Shown: positions 38,249-48,302 of the stretch, piece after piece | Layout of the letters: the number at the start of each line of letters is the position of its first letter | How positions within the stretch are numbered: position 1 is the first letter of the stretch | Origin: an uncultured Verrucomicrobiota bacterium | GTDB taxonomy: Bacteria; Verrucomicrobiota; Verrucomicrobiia; Limisphaerales; UBA9464 | Direction of reading: 5' to 3' | NCBI GenBank assembly: GCA_903916195.1 | Contig: CAIWVP010000162.1 | Location: 26,159 to 90,158 of the forward strand | DNA: 64,000 bases | Notes under the pieces: model-generated | Database searches by the model: none | What the model was told of the DNA's origin: nothing | Seen by the model: the letters and a program-made list of their open reading frames with translations, nothing else | Translations under genes and position numbers: made by a program

Positions 38249-39493
38249 TCACCTGGCCTTCAGGTGCCGTCCGGCGAACTCGATGAACTTCTGCCAGTCG
38301 TACAGCTCGACGGAATGCCCGCCGGCGCGGTTGTGATAGCCGACATCCCCGCCGGCCAAGACCTCGCCGACGGCCGGCGACGCCTCGGAATCCAAGCCCT
38401 TCTTGCCGAGCAGTCGGTACACCTCGGAAGCATGGTAGGCACCGAGATATTCGCCGCGCGGGTCGGCCCAGAGATCCTCGGAGCCGCTCGCGATGTAGAT
38501 CGGACGCGGCGCGATGCAGGCCAGGAGCATGTGCTGGTCGACGGGCAGGTCGTCCTCGTTGCGGCTGAACTTCCACGCGTTGCGGCAGAGCCAGTAGGGG
38601 AAGCGCGTCACCATCTTCTCCATGTTCTCGCCGAAATCCCGCTTCCACAACGCGGCGCCGGCGCAGCCCGATTGGGCGGCGACGGCCATCGCGAAGCGCC
38701 GGTCCTGGGCGACCGCCCATAGCGTCGCTTTGCCCATCTTGGAATGACCGACCGCGGCGATGCGCTTGGCGTCGATGGACGGCTCGGTCCCCAGGTAATC
38801 GAGGACGCGCGAGGCGGACCACGACACGGCGGCGATCACGCCCCATTCGTTGGCCTTCGGGAAGCTCTGGCCTTCCCGGTAGAACAGCGGATGGATGCCC
38901 GACTGGAACTCGACCTCGTTGTGCCGGACGAGCGCGCCCTGCGACAGGACGACGAGGCCGAACCCGTTCCGCAAGAACTCGGCGAGCGGGAGGCCGTTGC
39001 GGAGGTATCCCGCGCGGGACGGGTCCGCGTCGTGGCCATCGTCCTTGGTGTTGACGAAGCTGAGCTGCAAGAAGGCCGGCACCGGGCCCTTCGCGCCGTT
39101 CGGCGTGAAGACGAGGACCGTCATCTCCGCCGAGCCCTTGGCGTTCTCGAAGCGGATGCGCACGTCCTTCCGCGTCGCCAGGCCATCCATGAACTTCCCA
39201 TCGGTCCGGAGCCGCTCGTAGGAGGTGCGGACGGGCGTCTCCGGCACGGGGACGACGCCGTACACGAGGTTACCGAACAACGCCATGACCTGCGGGCGCC
39301 GCACGTTCGTCCATTCCTCCGGCGTGGTGATGCGATCACCTTCGGACGACACCAGCACCGGCGGAAGCTGGTAGGCCGGCACCTTCGACTCGTCGCGGAC
39401 GACATCGAAGTCGTGGTTCTTGGGTTCCTCGGCGCGGACAGCGGCGAAGCCGAGCAGGGCCAGGAAGCCGGCGGACAACAGGGATCTCTTCAT
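38249..39493 (-). CDS. Carbohydrate esterase family 15-like (glucuronoyl esterase)
   Basis: Signal peptide. GHSKMGKATLWA...QSGCAGAALWK matches the CE15 G-x-S-[RK]-x-G-K ... SG..G...W[KR] pattern. ACIAPRP and a GGH near the C-terminus are also present. Confidence 0.65.
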   Translation of the reverse strand: MKRSLLSAGFLALLGFAAVRAEEPKNHDFDVVRDESKVPAYQLPPVLVSSEGDRITTPEEWTNVRRPQVMALFGNLVYGVVPVPETPVRTSYERLRTDGKFMDGLATRKDVRIRFENAKGSAEMTVLVFTPNGAKGPVPAFLQLSFVNTKDDGHDADPSRAGYLRNGLPLAEFLRNGFGLVVLSQGALVRHNEVEFQSGIHPLFYREGQSFPKANEWGVIAAVSWSASRVLDYLGTEPSIDAKRIAAVGHSKMGKATLWAVAQDRRFAMAVAAQSGCAGAALWKRDFGENMEKMVTRFPYWLCRNAWKFSRNEDDLPVDQHMLLACIAPRPIYIASGSEDLWADPRGEYLGAYHASEVYRLLGKKGLDSEASPAVGEVLAGGDVGYHNRAGGHSVELYDWQKFIEFAGRHLKAR

Positions 39494-39526
39494 CGGATAG
39501 GTGTTGCGGATCGGCCGGGGGCCGCC

Positions 39527-41707
39527 TCAGCGGGCCGCGGTCTTCCAGGCGGGCTTCAGTTCGTGGACCTCCAGCGATGTGATCTTGGCAGCGCCGCCCT
39601 TGGCTTCGAGCGACAAGGCAAGGTCGCCGGGCTTCGGCTGATACGGCATCGGGATGTAGGCGAGGCCGTCGCTGGCGAAGACCTCCAGACCGGTCCGGTC
39701 GCAATAGACGACAAGGCGTTGCCTGCCGTTCCGCAACGGCGCGGGCGCAGTGTGGCCGGCGACGGAGATCTCCTGTTTCCTGGCATCGTAGATGATCTTG
39801 GCGCCGCGCACGGTGAAGACGACCTCGGAGGCGTCACCCGGAGCGAACTCGGCGCGCAGTTCCACCAGTTCCGCCTTCACCTTGGCCAACGGATCCCGGC
39901 CGCCGGGCTCCAGCATCGATCGGCCGAAGCGGTGCGACCGGGAGCGCAACGAAACAAGTTCCTTCACCGGCGTGTAGGTCAACCGCGGTCCATCGGGCGT
40001 CGCAGTGAGCTTGAGTTCCAGCGGGACGGTCATCGACTGGTTGAAGGACATCCCTTTCGTCTCGGTCTGGAACCAGCCGATCTGGACGCGGCGGCCGTCC
40101 TTGGCCGGGAGGTCGCTGAAGGTCTGCGGGGCGTAGAAGCCGCGACCGCGCTGGCCGGTGAGCTTCGTCTGCTCAGGCGTGAAACGCGTGCCGTCGAAGG
40201 TGCCGGTCGCGTACTGGGTGTCCGCGGCGGCCAGCACCCACTTCTTCTTTGAGGCATCGCCGTCCACCGGTAGCTCGAAGAAATCTGGGCACTCGAAGAG
40301 GTAGCTGCTGCCGGCGACGCCCTCGGTGATGCTGGCGAGCGTCCAGTCGCGCAGGTTCGGCGACCGGAAGAAGTGGATGGTATGCTTGTTCCCGGGCAGG
40401 CCGACGTAGAGGACCATCACCCACGACTTCGACGGCTCGTGCCACATCACCTTCGGGTCGCGGTTGCCGCCGGTGACCTGTCGCACGACGGGATTGCCTG
40501 GGTACTTGGTGAAGGTGCGCCCGTCGGTGCTCGACGCGATGCACTGGACGGCCGGGTCGCCGGCGGCGGTGTAGATCAACACGATCGGCGGCTTGCCGTC
40601 CTTGCCGAGGCCGCTGGTGTTCTTCCAGTCCACGACCGCGCTGCCGCTGAACATCGGGCCCATCGCATCCGGCACGAGTTTGTCGCCCAACTCTTCCCAA
40701 TGGACCATGTCGCGGCTGACGGCGTGGCCCCAGTGCATGTTGCCCCACGGCCAGCCGTAGGGGTTGTGCTGGAAGAAGAGATGGTACTCGCCCGCGAAGT
40801 AGACCATGCCGTTCGGGTCGTTGTTCCAGCCGCGCTTGGGCGAGAAATGAAACTGGCCGCGCAACGGCTCGCGGTACAGGTCCGCCGGTCCGCGGACCGT
40901 GTCGACCGGCCGGATGGCACCGATGGCAGCGGAATCTTCCGGCAACTTGTCGACCTGGAGGGTGATGTCCTTGCCGAGCCAGGCGCCGACGTCCATCGGC
41001 GCCCACCAATCGGGCTCGCCGTCGGCCAGCGCGGTGTCGATGCGGAGGACGCTCTTGCCGTCGACGAGCACGTTGACCACGCGGTTCGGGCCGCCGTTCT
41101 TGACCGGGATCTCGAGGAAGCGCCGTGTCACGTGGAACCGCCGCTTCGCGTCGGCGACCCACCCGACCGGCTTGTGGTCGGTCTGGACGATATGATCGAC
41201 GTTGATGTGGCCCCAGCCGCCGGTGGCGCGGTCGGTGATGAGGATGACGGCGGTCTTGCCAGCGAACTCGGAGACATCCCACGAAGCAGGCGCGAGCGCC
41301 TCGGTGCCGCCGTCGCGGTCGTTCGGACCGGTGGCGTTCCGGACCGCCTTGCCGTCGACCAGCAAGTCCATGCAGGTCTTCCCGGCGTCCTTGCCGCCGC
41401 CGATGAGGAAACCGATGAACCGGCGCCCGATCTTGAACTCCGGCGACGTGAGCGTGCCGGTGGACTTGTCGCCGCCGACGAAGGAATCCACGAGGCCCTT
41501 GCCTTTGAATCCGTCCACGCGCATCTGACCGGGCAACGTCCCTCGCGCGGGCCCGGACCCGAAGGCGTCACCGGTGGAGGTCCAACCGCCGTAGTCCGCC
41601 CCCTCGAAATCGGCGATGACGATGTCATCCGCGGCGCGCGCCGGGGCGGAAGCGGCGAAGATCGCGGCACAGGCCACGATCGATGCGAGGACGGGACGGA
41701 TGCACAT
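39527..41707 (-). CDS. Secreted glycoside hydrolase family 32 (levanase / beta-fructosidase type) with an N-terminal accessory domain
   Basis: ATG 41707 gives the signal MCIRPVLASIVACAAIFAASAPARA. WNNDPNG (nucleophile), RDPKV and FECPD motifs. Confidence 0.85.
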   Translation of the reverse strand: MCIRPVLASIVACAAIFAASAPARAADDIVIADFEGADYGGWTSTGDAFGSGPARGTLPGQMRVDGFKGKGLVDSFVGGDKSTGTLTSPEFKIGRRFIGFLIGGGKDAGKTCMDLLVDGKAVRNATGPNDRDGGTEALAPASWDVSEFAGKTAVILITDRATGGWGHINVDHIVQTDHKPVGWVADAKRRFHVTRRFLEIPVKNGGPNRVVNVLVDGKSVLRIDTALADGEPDWWAPMDVGAWLGKDITLQVDKLPEDSAAIGAIRPVDTVRGPADLYREPLRGQFHFSPKRGWNNDPNGMVYFAGEYHLFFQHNPYGWPWGNMHWGHAVSRDMVHWEELGDKLVPDAMGPMFSGSAVVDWKNTSGLGKDGKPPIVLIYTAAGDPAVQCIASSTDGRTFTKYPGNPVVRQVTGGNRDPKVMWHEPSKSWVMVLYVGLPGNKHTIHFFRSPNLRDWTLASITEGVAGSSYLFECPDFFELPVDGDASKKKWVLAAADTQYATGTFDGTRFTPEQTKLTGQRGRGFYAPQTFSDLPAKDGRRVQIGWFQTETKGMSFNQSMTVPLELKLTATPDGPRLTYTPVKELVSLRSRSHRFGRSMLEPGGRDPLAKVKAELVELRAEFAPGDASEVVFTVRGAKIIYDARKQEISVAGHTAPAPLRNGRQRLVVYCDRTGLEVFASDGLAYIPMPYQPKPGDLALSLEAKGGAAKITSLEVHELKPAWKTAAR

Positions 41708-41841
41708 AGGTATGGAGGAAACGGTTCCAGTTGTCCGCCGCCCCTGTCGAGGACGGCGTGAAGGAGTTCGCCCCGGAGGTCCAAGCCATCCGACCTGTGT
41801 TCCTGCTTGTGTCGGCGGCCCTGACCGATACCCAATCCGCC

Positions 41842-42909
41842 ATGCCAAGTCCTCTTCCGCCGGCCGCTTCCGCGCGCCGGCTCGTCGCCGCCGTCCTCCT
41901 CGCTCTCGCATCCGCTGCCGGTTGCGCCACGGGAAGCCATCCCGAGAAGCCCGGCACCGCGGGCGACGGCAGCTTCACCATCGGACCCGCTTACGCCGTC
42001 GATTCCGATCTCGCCGACAAGGGCAATCCCAAGGGCCGGTCGTTCGAGTTCACGATGCGCCTGGCCGACAGCAAGATCTTCCGGGGCGACGACACCACGC
42101 TGTTGCCCGCGAAGAAGGCCGTGCGCACCGAGCGCAAGATCTTCGTGTACGTGCCCGCCGCCTATCGCGACGGCACCGCGGCGCCGGTCCTCGTGACGCA
42201 TGACGGCCCGGGCCAGCTCAACCTCGTCCGCAACGCGCTGGACAACCTCACGATCTCCAAGGACCCCGACCGCCGGTTGCCGGCCTTCATCACCGTCGCC
42301 GTGGAGAACGGCGGCAACGACGGCAAGGACAGCGAGCGCGGGCTCGAGTACGACACGATGTCCGACCGCTTCGCGCGGTTCATCAACGACGAGGTGTTCC
42401 CCGCGGTGCTCGCCGACGCGAAGGTCCGCGCGGCCTACCCGCACATCGCCATCACCGCGAACCCGTGGGGCCGCGCGACGATGGGCTGTAGCTCCGGCGG
42501 CGCGGCGGCGCTCACGATGGCGTGGTTCCGCCCCGACCTGTTCCGCCGCGTGGCCGCTTACTCCGGCACCTTCGTCGACCAGCAGGACGACGATGCGCCG
42601 GAGGAGGCCAAGTTCCCGTACGGCGCGTGGGAGTACCACTCCAGCATGAAGCTCATCACCAACGGACCGAAGAAGCCGTTGCGGATCTTCACCCACGTCT
42701 CCGAGAACGACATCCGTGCCAAGGATCCCGAATCGACCCAGCACAACTGGGTGATGGCCGGCAAACGCACCGAGGCGGCGCTCCAGGAGAAAGGCTACAA
42801 CCACCGTTTCGTCTACAGCTTGGCCACCGGACACTGCGACAAAAAGGTGTTCGAGCAGACCTTGGCCGACACGCTAGTCTGGCTCTGGCGCGGCTACCGC
42901 GGGGAGTGA
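41842..42909 (+). CDS. Lipoprotein, 'putative esterase' (esterase D / enterochelin-esterase-like alpha/beta hydrolase)
   Basis: Lipobox LALASAAGC. GCSSGGAAALTMAWFRPDLFRRVAAYSGTF nucleophile-elbow region. Confidence 0.7.
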   Translation: MPSPLPPAASARRLVAAVLLALASAAGCATGSHPEKPGTAGDGSFTIGPAYAVDSDLADKGNPKGRSFEFTMRLADSKIFRGDDTTLLPAKKAVRTERKIFVYVPAAYRDGTAAPVLVTHDGPGQLNLVRNALDNLTISKDPDRRLPAFITVAVENGGNDGKDSERGLEYDTMSDRFARFINDEVFPAVLADAKVRAAYPHIAITANPWGRATMGCSSGGAAALTMAWFRPDLFRRVAAYSGTFVDQQDDDAPEEAKFPYGAWEYHSSMKLITNGPKKPLRIFTHVSENDIRAKDPESTQHNWVMAGKRTEAALQEKGYNHRFVYSLATGHCDKKVFEQTLADTLVWLWRGYRGE

Positions 42910-42957
42910 TCGCGGCGACCGCCCCCGCCGGCCGGGACCGGCACGAGGCCTCTCCGC

Positions 42958-44355
42958 TCAGAACTCGATGACCTGACCGCGCACCGGGACGGTCACCTCG
43001 GCGCCGGGACGCAACGTGGTCCGCAGCGTCTCGGCGAAGGCGAGCGATTGCTCTTCTTCGCCGTGGACGACGCTGATCTTGCGGATGTCCCCGGTGAGCC
43101 GTCCGACGTACCAGGCCAGCTCCTTGCGGTCGGCGTGGCCGGAGAAGGCGTCGATCGCCGCGACCTGGGCCCGGACGACCTGCGGTTCACCAAAGATGTT
43201 CACGGGGTTCGATCCGCCGCGGAGCTGTGCGCCGAGCGTGTGGTCGGCGCAGAAGCCGACGAAGAGGATGAGGTTCTTCGGGTCGCCGACGTTGTTCCTG
43301 AGATGGTGGCGGATGCGCCCCGCCTCGGCCATGCCGGATGCGCTGATGACCACGCACGGCCCCACGATGTCGTTGAGCTTCTTCGACTGCTCCACATCGC
43401 GGATGTAGGTGAGGTTCGACATGCCGAACGGGTTGCCCTGCTCCTGCAGGAACCGGTTCGTCTCGTCATCGAAGCACTCCGGATGAAGGCGGAACACCTC
43501 GGTGGCGTTCACGCTCAGCGGGCTGTCCACGAAGATGGGGAGGCGCGGGAGGCGGCCGGCGAGCGTGAGCTGGTGCAGCTCGTAGACCAGCGTCTGCGTG
43601 CGGCCCACCGAGAAGGCCGGGATGATCACGCGGCCGCCGCGGTCGATCGCGGCGTTGATCATACGGTCGAGCTCATCGAGCGAGTTCGCGGCGCTGCCGT
43701 GGTCACGGGCCCCGTAGGTGCTCTCGATCTGGAGGAAATCCACGTCGGCCACCGGCTCGGGGTCGCGCAAGATGGGCTGGTCCGGCCGGCCCACGTCGCC
43801 GCTGAAAAGGTAGCGGAACTTCCGGCCTCCTTCGTGCACATCGAGGATCACCTGCGCCGCGCCGAGGATGTGGCCCGCATCCACGAAGGTGACCGTCACG
43901 CCGTCCGTCACCGGCAGCGGACGCCCGTAACCGACCGCGACGAAGAGCCTGGTGGTCTTCTCCGCGTCGGCCGGTGAATAGAGCGGGAGGACGGGCGGCT
44001 CGCCGCGGCGCGCACGTTGGCGCGAGACGAACTCGCTGTCGCTCTGCTGGATCTTCGCCGAGTCGGCCAACATGATCGCCGCCAGGTCGCGCGTGGCGTG
44101 GGTGCAGTAGATGTTCCCGTCGAAGCCCTGCTTCACGAGGTTCGGCAGGTTCCCGCAGTGGTCGATGTGCGCATGGCTCAGCACGACGGCATCCAGCTCG
44201 CGCGGGTCGAAAGGGAAGGTCCGGTTCCGCTCGGTCGATTCATCGCGGCGTCCTTGGTAGAGGCCGCATTCGAGCAGGAACTTCCGGCCGTTGACCTCCA
44301 CGAGATACATCGATCCGGTGGTGGTGCGCGCCGCGCCGAGGAAGTGGACTTTCAT
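42958..44355 (-). CDS. MBL-fold beta-CASP metallo-hydrolase (RNA-metabolising type)
   Basis: HAHIDHCG motif, beta-CASP region and a C-terminal RNA-specificity-like domain. 465 aa. Confidence 0.8.
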   Translation of the reverse strand: MKVHFLGAARTTTGSMYLVEVNGRKFLLECGLYQGRRDESTERNRTFPFDPRELDAVVLSHAHIDHCGNLPNLVKQGFDGNIYCTHATRDLAAIMLADSAKIQQSDSEFVSRQRARRGEPPVLPLYSPADAEKTTRLFVAVGYGRPLPVTDGVTVTFVDAGHILGAAQVILDVHEGGRKFRYLFSGDVGRPDQPILRDPEPVADVDFLQIESTYGARDHGSAANSLDELDRMINAAIDRGGRVIIPAFSVGRTQTLVYELHQLTLAGRLPRLPIFVDSPLSVNATEVFRLHPECFDDETNRFLQEQGNPFGMSNLTYIRDVEQSKKLNDIVGPCVVISASGMAEAGRIRHHLRNNVGDPKNLILFVGFCADHTLGAQLRGGSNPVNIFGEPQVVRAQVAAIDAFSGHADRKELAWYVGRLTGDIRKISVVHGEEEQSLAFAETLRTTLRPGAEVTVPVRGQVIEF

Positions 44356-44470
44356 CCTCGGAAGGTGCTCACCCGCCCCCCCGGGGGCAAGCGGTGAACC
44401 GCCTCGACAGGTACCGCGACGCGCCAGCGGGGCGCGGGTCCTCGCGACACGTCGGACGCGGATCCCGTCG

Positions 44471-45049
44471 TCACATCATGAAAGCGGAGACGCCGATCAC
44501 GACCCCGACGACGGCGAGACCGATGCCCGTGTAGAAGAACCCCCGCTTCTTGGTGAGCAATGTGATCGAGCAGAAGACGACGCCGACCTGGAGGAAGATC
44601 TCCGCCTTGTTGTACCGGTCGCCGGCCTTCGCGGAATGGTGGGCGCCGGACTGCTCCTTGACCGACTCTTTGCGGAACTCCTCGGCCTCCTTGAGGATCT
44701 TCTCGTTCTCGTCCTTGTACTCGGCGTTCTTGGCGGTGAGCCGTTTCTCGGCCTCCTTCATCGCCGCTGTCTGCGCCGGCGTGGCGCTGCCCAGCGCCTC
44801 GATCCTCATCTGCTCGATGAAGAGGTCGTTCATGCCCTGCCGGTTCCTCTTGGATTGGTACCAGGCGAACCCGTTCGATGCCTTGACCTCCAGGCTGGCG
44901 GCCTTCACCTCGGCGACGATCTTCTCGTTGTCCTCGTCCTTCCCGAGGCTCGACACGACCGCGAGCAGGATGGCGACGATGGCGATGGTCAGGCCGATCC
45001 GCTTCTCGGCGTCGTCCTTGAGGTTTTCCGGGATCTCGATCTCAGACAT
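44471..45049 (-). CDS. DUF4337-family membrane protein
   Basis: ATG 45049 (MSEIEIPENL...). TM helix IGLTIAIVAILLAVVSSL, a FAWYQSK motif and a C-terminal TM pair. Confidence 0.6.
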   Translation of the reverse strand: MSEIEIPENLKDDAEKRIGLTIAIVAILLAVVSSLGKDEDNEKIVAEVKAASLEVKASNGFAWYQSKRNRQGMNDLFIEQMRIEALGSATPAQTAAMKEAEKRLTAKNAEYKDENEKILKEAEEFRKESVKEQSGAHHSAKAGDRYNKAEIFLQVGVVFCSITLLTKKRGFFYTGIGLAVVGVVIGVSAFMM

Positions 45050-45309
45050 GGTACGCGTGGGATAGAGACCGGCACCGTCGCTGACAAGCCGCCAAGTCGA
45101 CCTCCCGGTCGCCGTCATCATCCCGCCGATGGAACGCATGCCGTCCCCGGGAAACCTCGAGGCAAAGGCGGCCGGACCGGTCGCGAGCCGGCACCGGGAT
45201 ATCGACGGGGCCCGTCGGACGAAACGTAGGAAGAGGCATCCCGAAGACCCGCTCCCCGGCCGGCGAACCGACGGCGGACCCGGGTCTCCGAGGCGCGCCG
45301 AGGTCCGGG

Positions 45310-46512
45310 CTACTTCGAACCGAGCGCGCTTGCCATGGTGAAGATCGGCAGCAGGAGGCCCAGCGCCAAGAAGCCGATGGCCGCGGCCACGAGGCACAAG
45401 ATCGCCGGCTCGATGAGCCGCACCGCTTGGTCGACCTGGCGGTTCGTCCGGCGCTCCACGGTGTCGGCGATCTGGACGAGGACCTTGTCGAGGTTGTTGG
45501 ATTCCTCGGCGACGGCGATCATCGCGAGGATCTGCTCCGGGATGAAATCGCTCTTGCTGAGCGGTTCGGACAACCGCTTGCCGTCGCGCACCGCTTCCGC
45601 GGATTCGGCCACGAGGTCCGCGAGGATGCTGGAGCCCGTGGCGTCCTTGCTGATCTTCAGCGCATGGAGCAGCGGCACTCCGTTGGCCAGCATGGTGCCG
45701 AGGATGCGGCAGAAGCGGGTGATCGCGAGCAACCGGAGCGCGGAGCCGACGACCGGGATCTTGAGCTGCCAGCGCTCCAGCTTCCGGCGGACGACGTCGT
45801 TCCGCAGGTTGAACCAGAGGAATCCGACGACGGCGCCGATCGCGGGGATGAGCAGGTACCAGTAGCTGCGCACGACGCGGCTGGCCATGAACATCACCTC
45901 GGACGGGAGCGGCTTCTTCACGTTCGCCAGCAGCGGCTCGAACTTCGGCACGAAGAACATCAGCGCCGCCAGCATCACCACCGTGCCGAGCCCGGCCAGC
46001 AGCGCCGGATAGATCAGCGCGCCCATGACCTTGCTCCGCAGTTCCTCGAACCGCTCGATGAACCCCGCCAGGCTGCGTAGCACCTCCTCCATGAACGCCG
46101 CCCGTTCACCGGCTTGGATCATCGCCGTGTGCAACGGCGGGAAGACCTCCGGGAACTGGCGCAGGGTCTCGGTCAGCGACTTGCCGTCCGCGACCGCCGC
46201 GCGGATCTCCTTGAGCAGCTCGCGGAGCCCGGGCGCCGGGGTGGAGCGGATCAACGAATCGAGCGTCCGCAGCAACGGCACGCCGGATCCCAAAAGGTCG
46301 GCCATCTGCCCGTAGAGCGTGCCGAGATCGGCGGAGCGCACCCGGCGTTTCTTCGGGGCGCCCTTCGCCGTGCCGCCCTTCCCTCGGACGGACACCGGGA
46401 ACAACCGCTTCTCCTCGATCAACCGCATCGCGCCGGCCTCGCTCTCGGCCTCGACCGCGCCCGACACCTTCCCACCGGCCTCGGTCATCGCTATGTAGGT
46501 GAAATGGGGCAT
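45310..46512 (-). CDS. gspF: Type II secretion system inner-membrane platform protein GspF
   Basis: ATG 46512 (MPHFTYIAMTEAGGKVSG...). Two T2SSF repeats, 400 aa. The track ORF extends upstream through the repeat array and into gspE. Confidence 0.85.
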   Translation of the reverse strand: MPHFTYIAMTEAGGKVSGAVEAESEAGAMRLIEEKRLFPVSVRGKGGTAKGAPKKRRVRSADLGTLYGQMADLLGSGVPLLRTLDSLIRSTPAPGLRELLKEIRAAVADGKSLTETLRQFPEVFPPLHTAMIQAGERAAFMEEVLRSLAGFIERFEELRSKVMGALIYPALLAGLGTVVMLAALMFFVPKFEPLLANVKKPLPSEVMFMASRVVRSYWYLLIPAIGAVVGFLWFNLRNDVVRRKLERWQLKIPVVGSALRLLAITRFCRILGTMLANGVPLLHALKISKDATGSSILADLVAESAEAVRDGKRLSEPLSKSDFIPEQILAMIAVAEESNNLDKVLVQIADTVERRTNRQVDQAVRLIEPAILCLVAAAIGFLALGLLLPIFTMASALGSK

Positions 46513-46580
46513 GGATTCGGGGCAATGGGCGGTGGAAAACTTCTTCGATGGGCGATCGCGTCGGTCCGTGTTTTGATTAC

Positions 46581-46620
46581 TGGCCAACTGGCCAACTGGC
46601 CAACTGGCTAACTGGATAAC
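46581..46620. repeat. Tandem octamer array TGGCCAAC x3 + TGGCTAAC + TGGATAAC in the gspE-gspF spacer
   Basis: Read directly. On the transcribed (minus) strand it reads TTATCCAG TTAGCCAG TTGGCCAG x3. Each perfect unit contains the palindrome TGGCCA. Confidence 0.9.
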
Positions 46621-46631
46621 CCGCCCGCCCG

Positions 46632-48302
46632 CTAGAGCGCCGTGCATTGGACGACTTCGTCGGGGGTGGTGAGACCTTGGCGGACCTTGATCCAGCCGTC
46701 CTCGCGCAACAGGCGCAGACCCGATGGCCGGGCGGCCGCCACGATCTTCGGCGACGGCGCGCGGTCGATGATCAGCTCCGCGATCACGTCGGTCATCACC
46801 ATCAGCTCGTAGAGCCCGGAGCGACCGCGGAAGCCCGTGTTGCGGCAGTGCGGACATCCCTTGCCCCGCGCCAGCTTGGCGCCGGGCTCCAAGATGAGGT
46901 CGCGCGGCAGCGTCGCAGGGTCGGGCTCGTACTCTTCCTTGCACTTCGAGCAGATCCGGCGGACGAGCCGCTGCGCCATCGCGCCGATCATCGTGCTGCT
47001 CACAAGGAACGGTTCGACGCCCATCTCGATCAAGCGCATCGCAGCCGATGCCGAGTCGTTCGTGTGCAGCGTCGAGAGCACGAGATGGCCCGTCATCGCC
47101 GCCTGCGTCGCGGCGCGGGCGGTCTCGAGGTCGCGGATCTCGCCGATCATCACCACGTCCGGGTCGTGGCGGAGGATGGCGCGGAGGCCTTTCTCAAAGG
47201 TCATGCCCACCTGGTGGTTCACCGGGATCTGGTTCACGCCGTGGAGATGATATTCCACGGGGTCCTCGACCGTGAGCACCTTGATGGTGGAGCCGACGAT
47301 CGCGTTGAGCGCGGCGTAGAGCGTGGTCGTCTTGCCCGAACCGGTCGGACCGGTGACGAGGAAGATGCCGTGCGGCCTGTCGATCAGGCCCTTGAACATG
47401 GCGTACGTCGTGTCGTCCATGCCCAGCTGCTGGAGCGTGAACAGCACGTTCGCCTTGTCCAGGAGACGCATGACGACGCCTTCGCCGAAAAGCATCGGGA
47501 TGACGCTCACGCGGACGTCCACCTGCCGGCCGCCCACCTGGAACTTGATGCGACCGTCCTGCGGGATGCGGCGCTCGGCGATGTTGAGGTTCGCGAGGAT
47601 CTTGATGCGGCTGATGATCGCGGCCTGGAACCGATGCATCTGGGGCGGCACGGAGGCTTCCTGCAGGACGCCGTCGATCCGGTAGCGGATGGAGATCTGG
47701 TGCTCGTACGGTTCGATGTGGATGTCCGAGGCCCGCTCGCTGACCGCCTCGATGATGATCTCGTTGACCAGCTTGATGACGCTCGCCTCCTGGGCCATCT
47801 CGAGCAGGTCTTCGCCGCCCTCGACCGACACGCCGCCGCCGGCGAGGTCGTCGGCCCCGACCATCTCGTCCAAGGTGTCGCCGCCGAGGCCGAAGTGGGT
47901 CTTGATCAGCTTCTCGATGTCGTCCCTCGGCGCGAGCACCGGCTGGATGTCGAGCCCGGTGCTGAGCCGCAGGTCGTCGAAGACGTAGAGGTCGAAGGCG
48001 TCGCTGGTGGCGACCTTGAGGATGCCGTTCTCGCGCGAGACAGGGAAGAGGCGCTTCCGGTAGACCACCTTCGATGGCAGCGCCCGCAGGACCTCCGGCG
48101 AGATGACCATGTCCGCGAGCTCGACGAGCGGCAGGTGGAGCTGGTCGGCCATCAGCACCAGCACCTGGCGCTCGGTGAGGAAGCCGAGCTGGATGACCGC
48201 GCGGTCCAGCCGCAGCCCCTCCGAACGCTGCAAGGCGACGGCGTCGCCGAGCTGCTCTTCGGTCAACAGACGGTTGACCAACAAAAGCTGGGTGAGGTTC
48301 AT
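46632..48302 (-). CDS. gspE: Type II secretion ATPase GspE
   Basis: N-terminal T2SSE_N/MshEN-like domain, Walker A GPTGSGKTT, and the tetracysteine CSKC...CPHC motif. ATG 48302 (MNLTQLLL) is preferred; the alternative start is 48353. Confidence 0.9.
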   Translation of the reverse strand: MNLTQLLLVNRLLTEEQLGDAVALQRSEGLRLDRAVIQLGFLTERQVLVLMADQLHLPLVELADMVISPEVLRALPSKVVYRKRLFPVSRENGILKVATSDAFDLYVFDDLRLSTGLDIQPVLAPRDDIEKLIKTHFGLGGDTLDEMVGADDLAGGGVSVEGGEDLLEMAQEASVIKLVNEIIIEAVSERASDIHIEPYEHQISIRYRIDGVLQEASVPPQMHRFQAAIISRIKILANLNIAERRIPQDGRIKFQVGGRQVDVRVSVIPMLFGEGVVMRLLDKANVLFTLQQLGMDDTTYAMFKGLIDRPHGIFLVTGPTGSGKTTTLYAALNAIVGSTIKVLTVEDPVEYHLHGVNQIPVNHQVGMTFEKGLRAILRHDPDVVMIGEIRDLETARAATQAAMTGHLVLSTLHTNDSASAAMRLIEMGVEPFLVSSTMIGAMAQRLVRRICSKCKEEYEPDPATLPRDLILEPGAKLARGKGCPHCRNTGFRGRSGLYELMVMTDVIAELIIDRAPSPKIVAAARPSGLRLLREDGWIKVRQGLTTPDEVVQCTAL

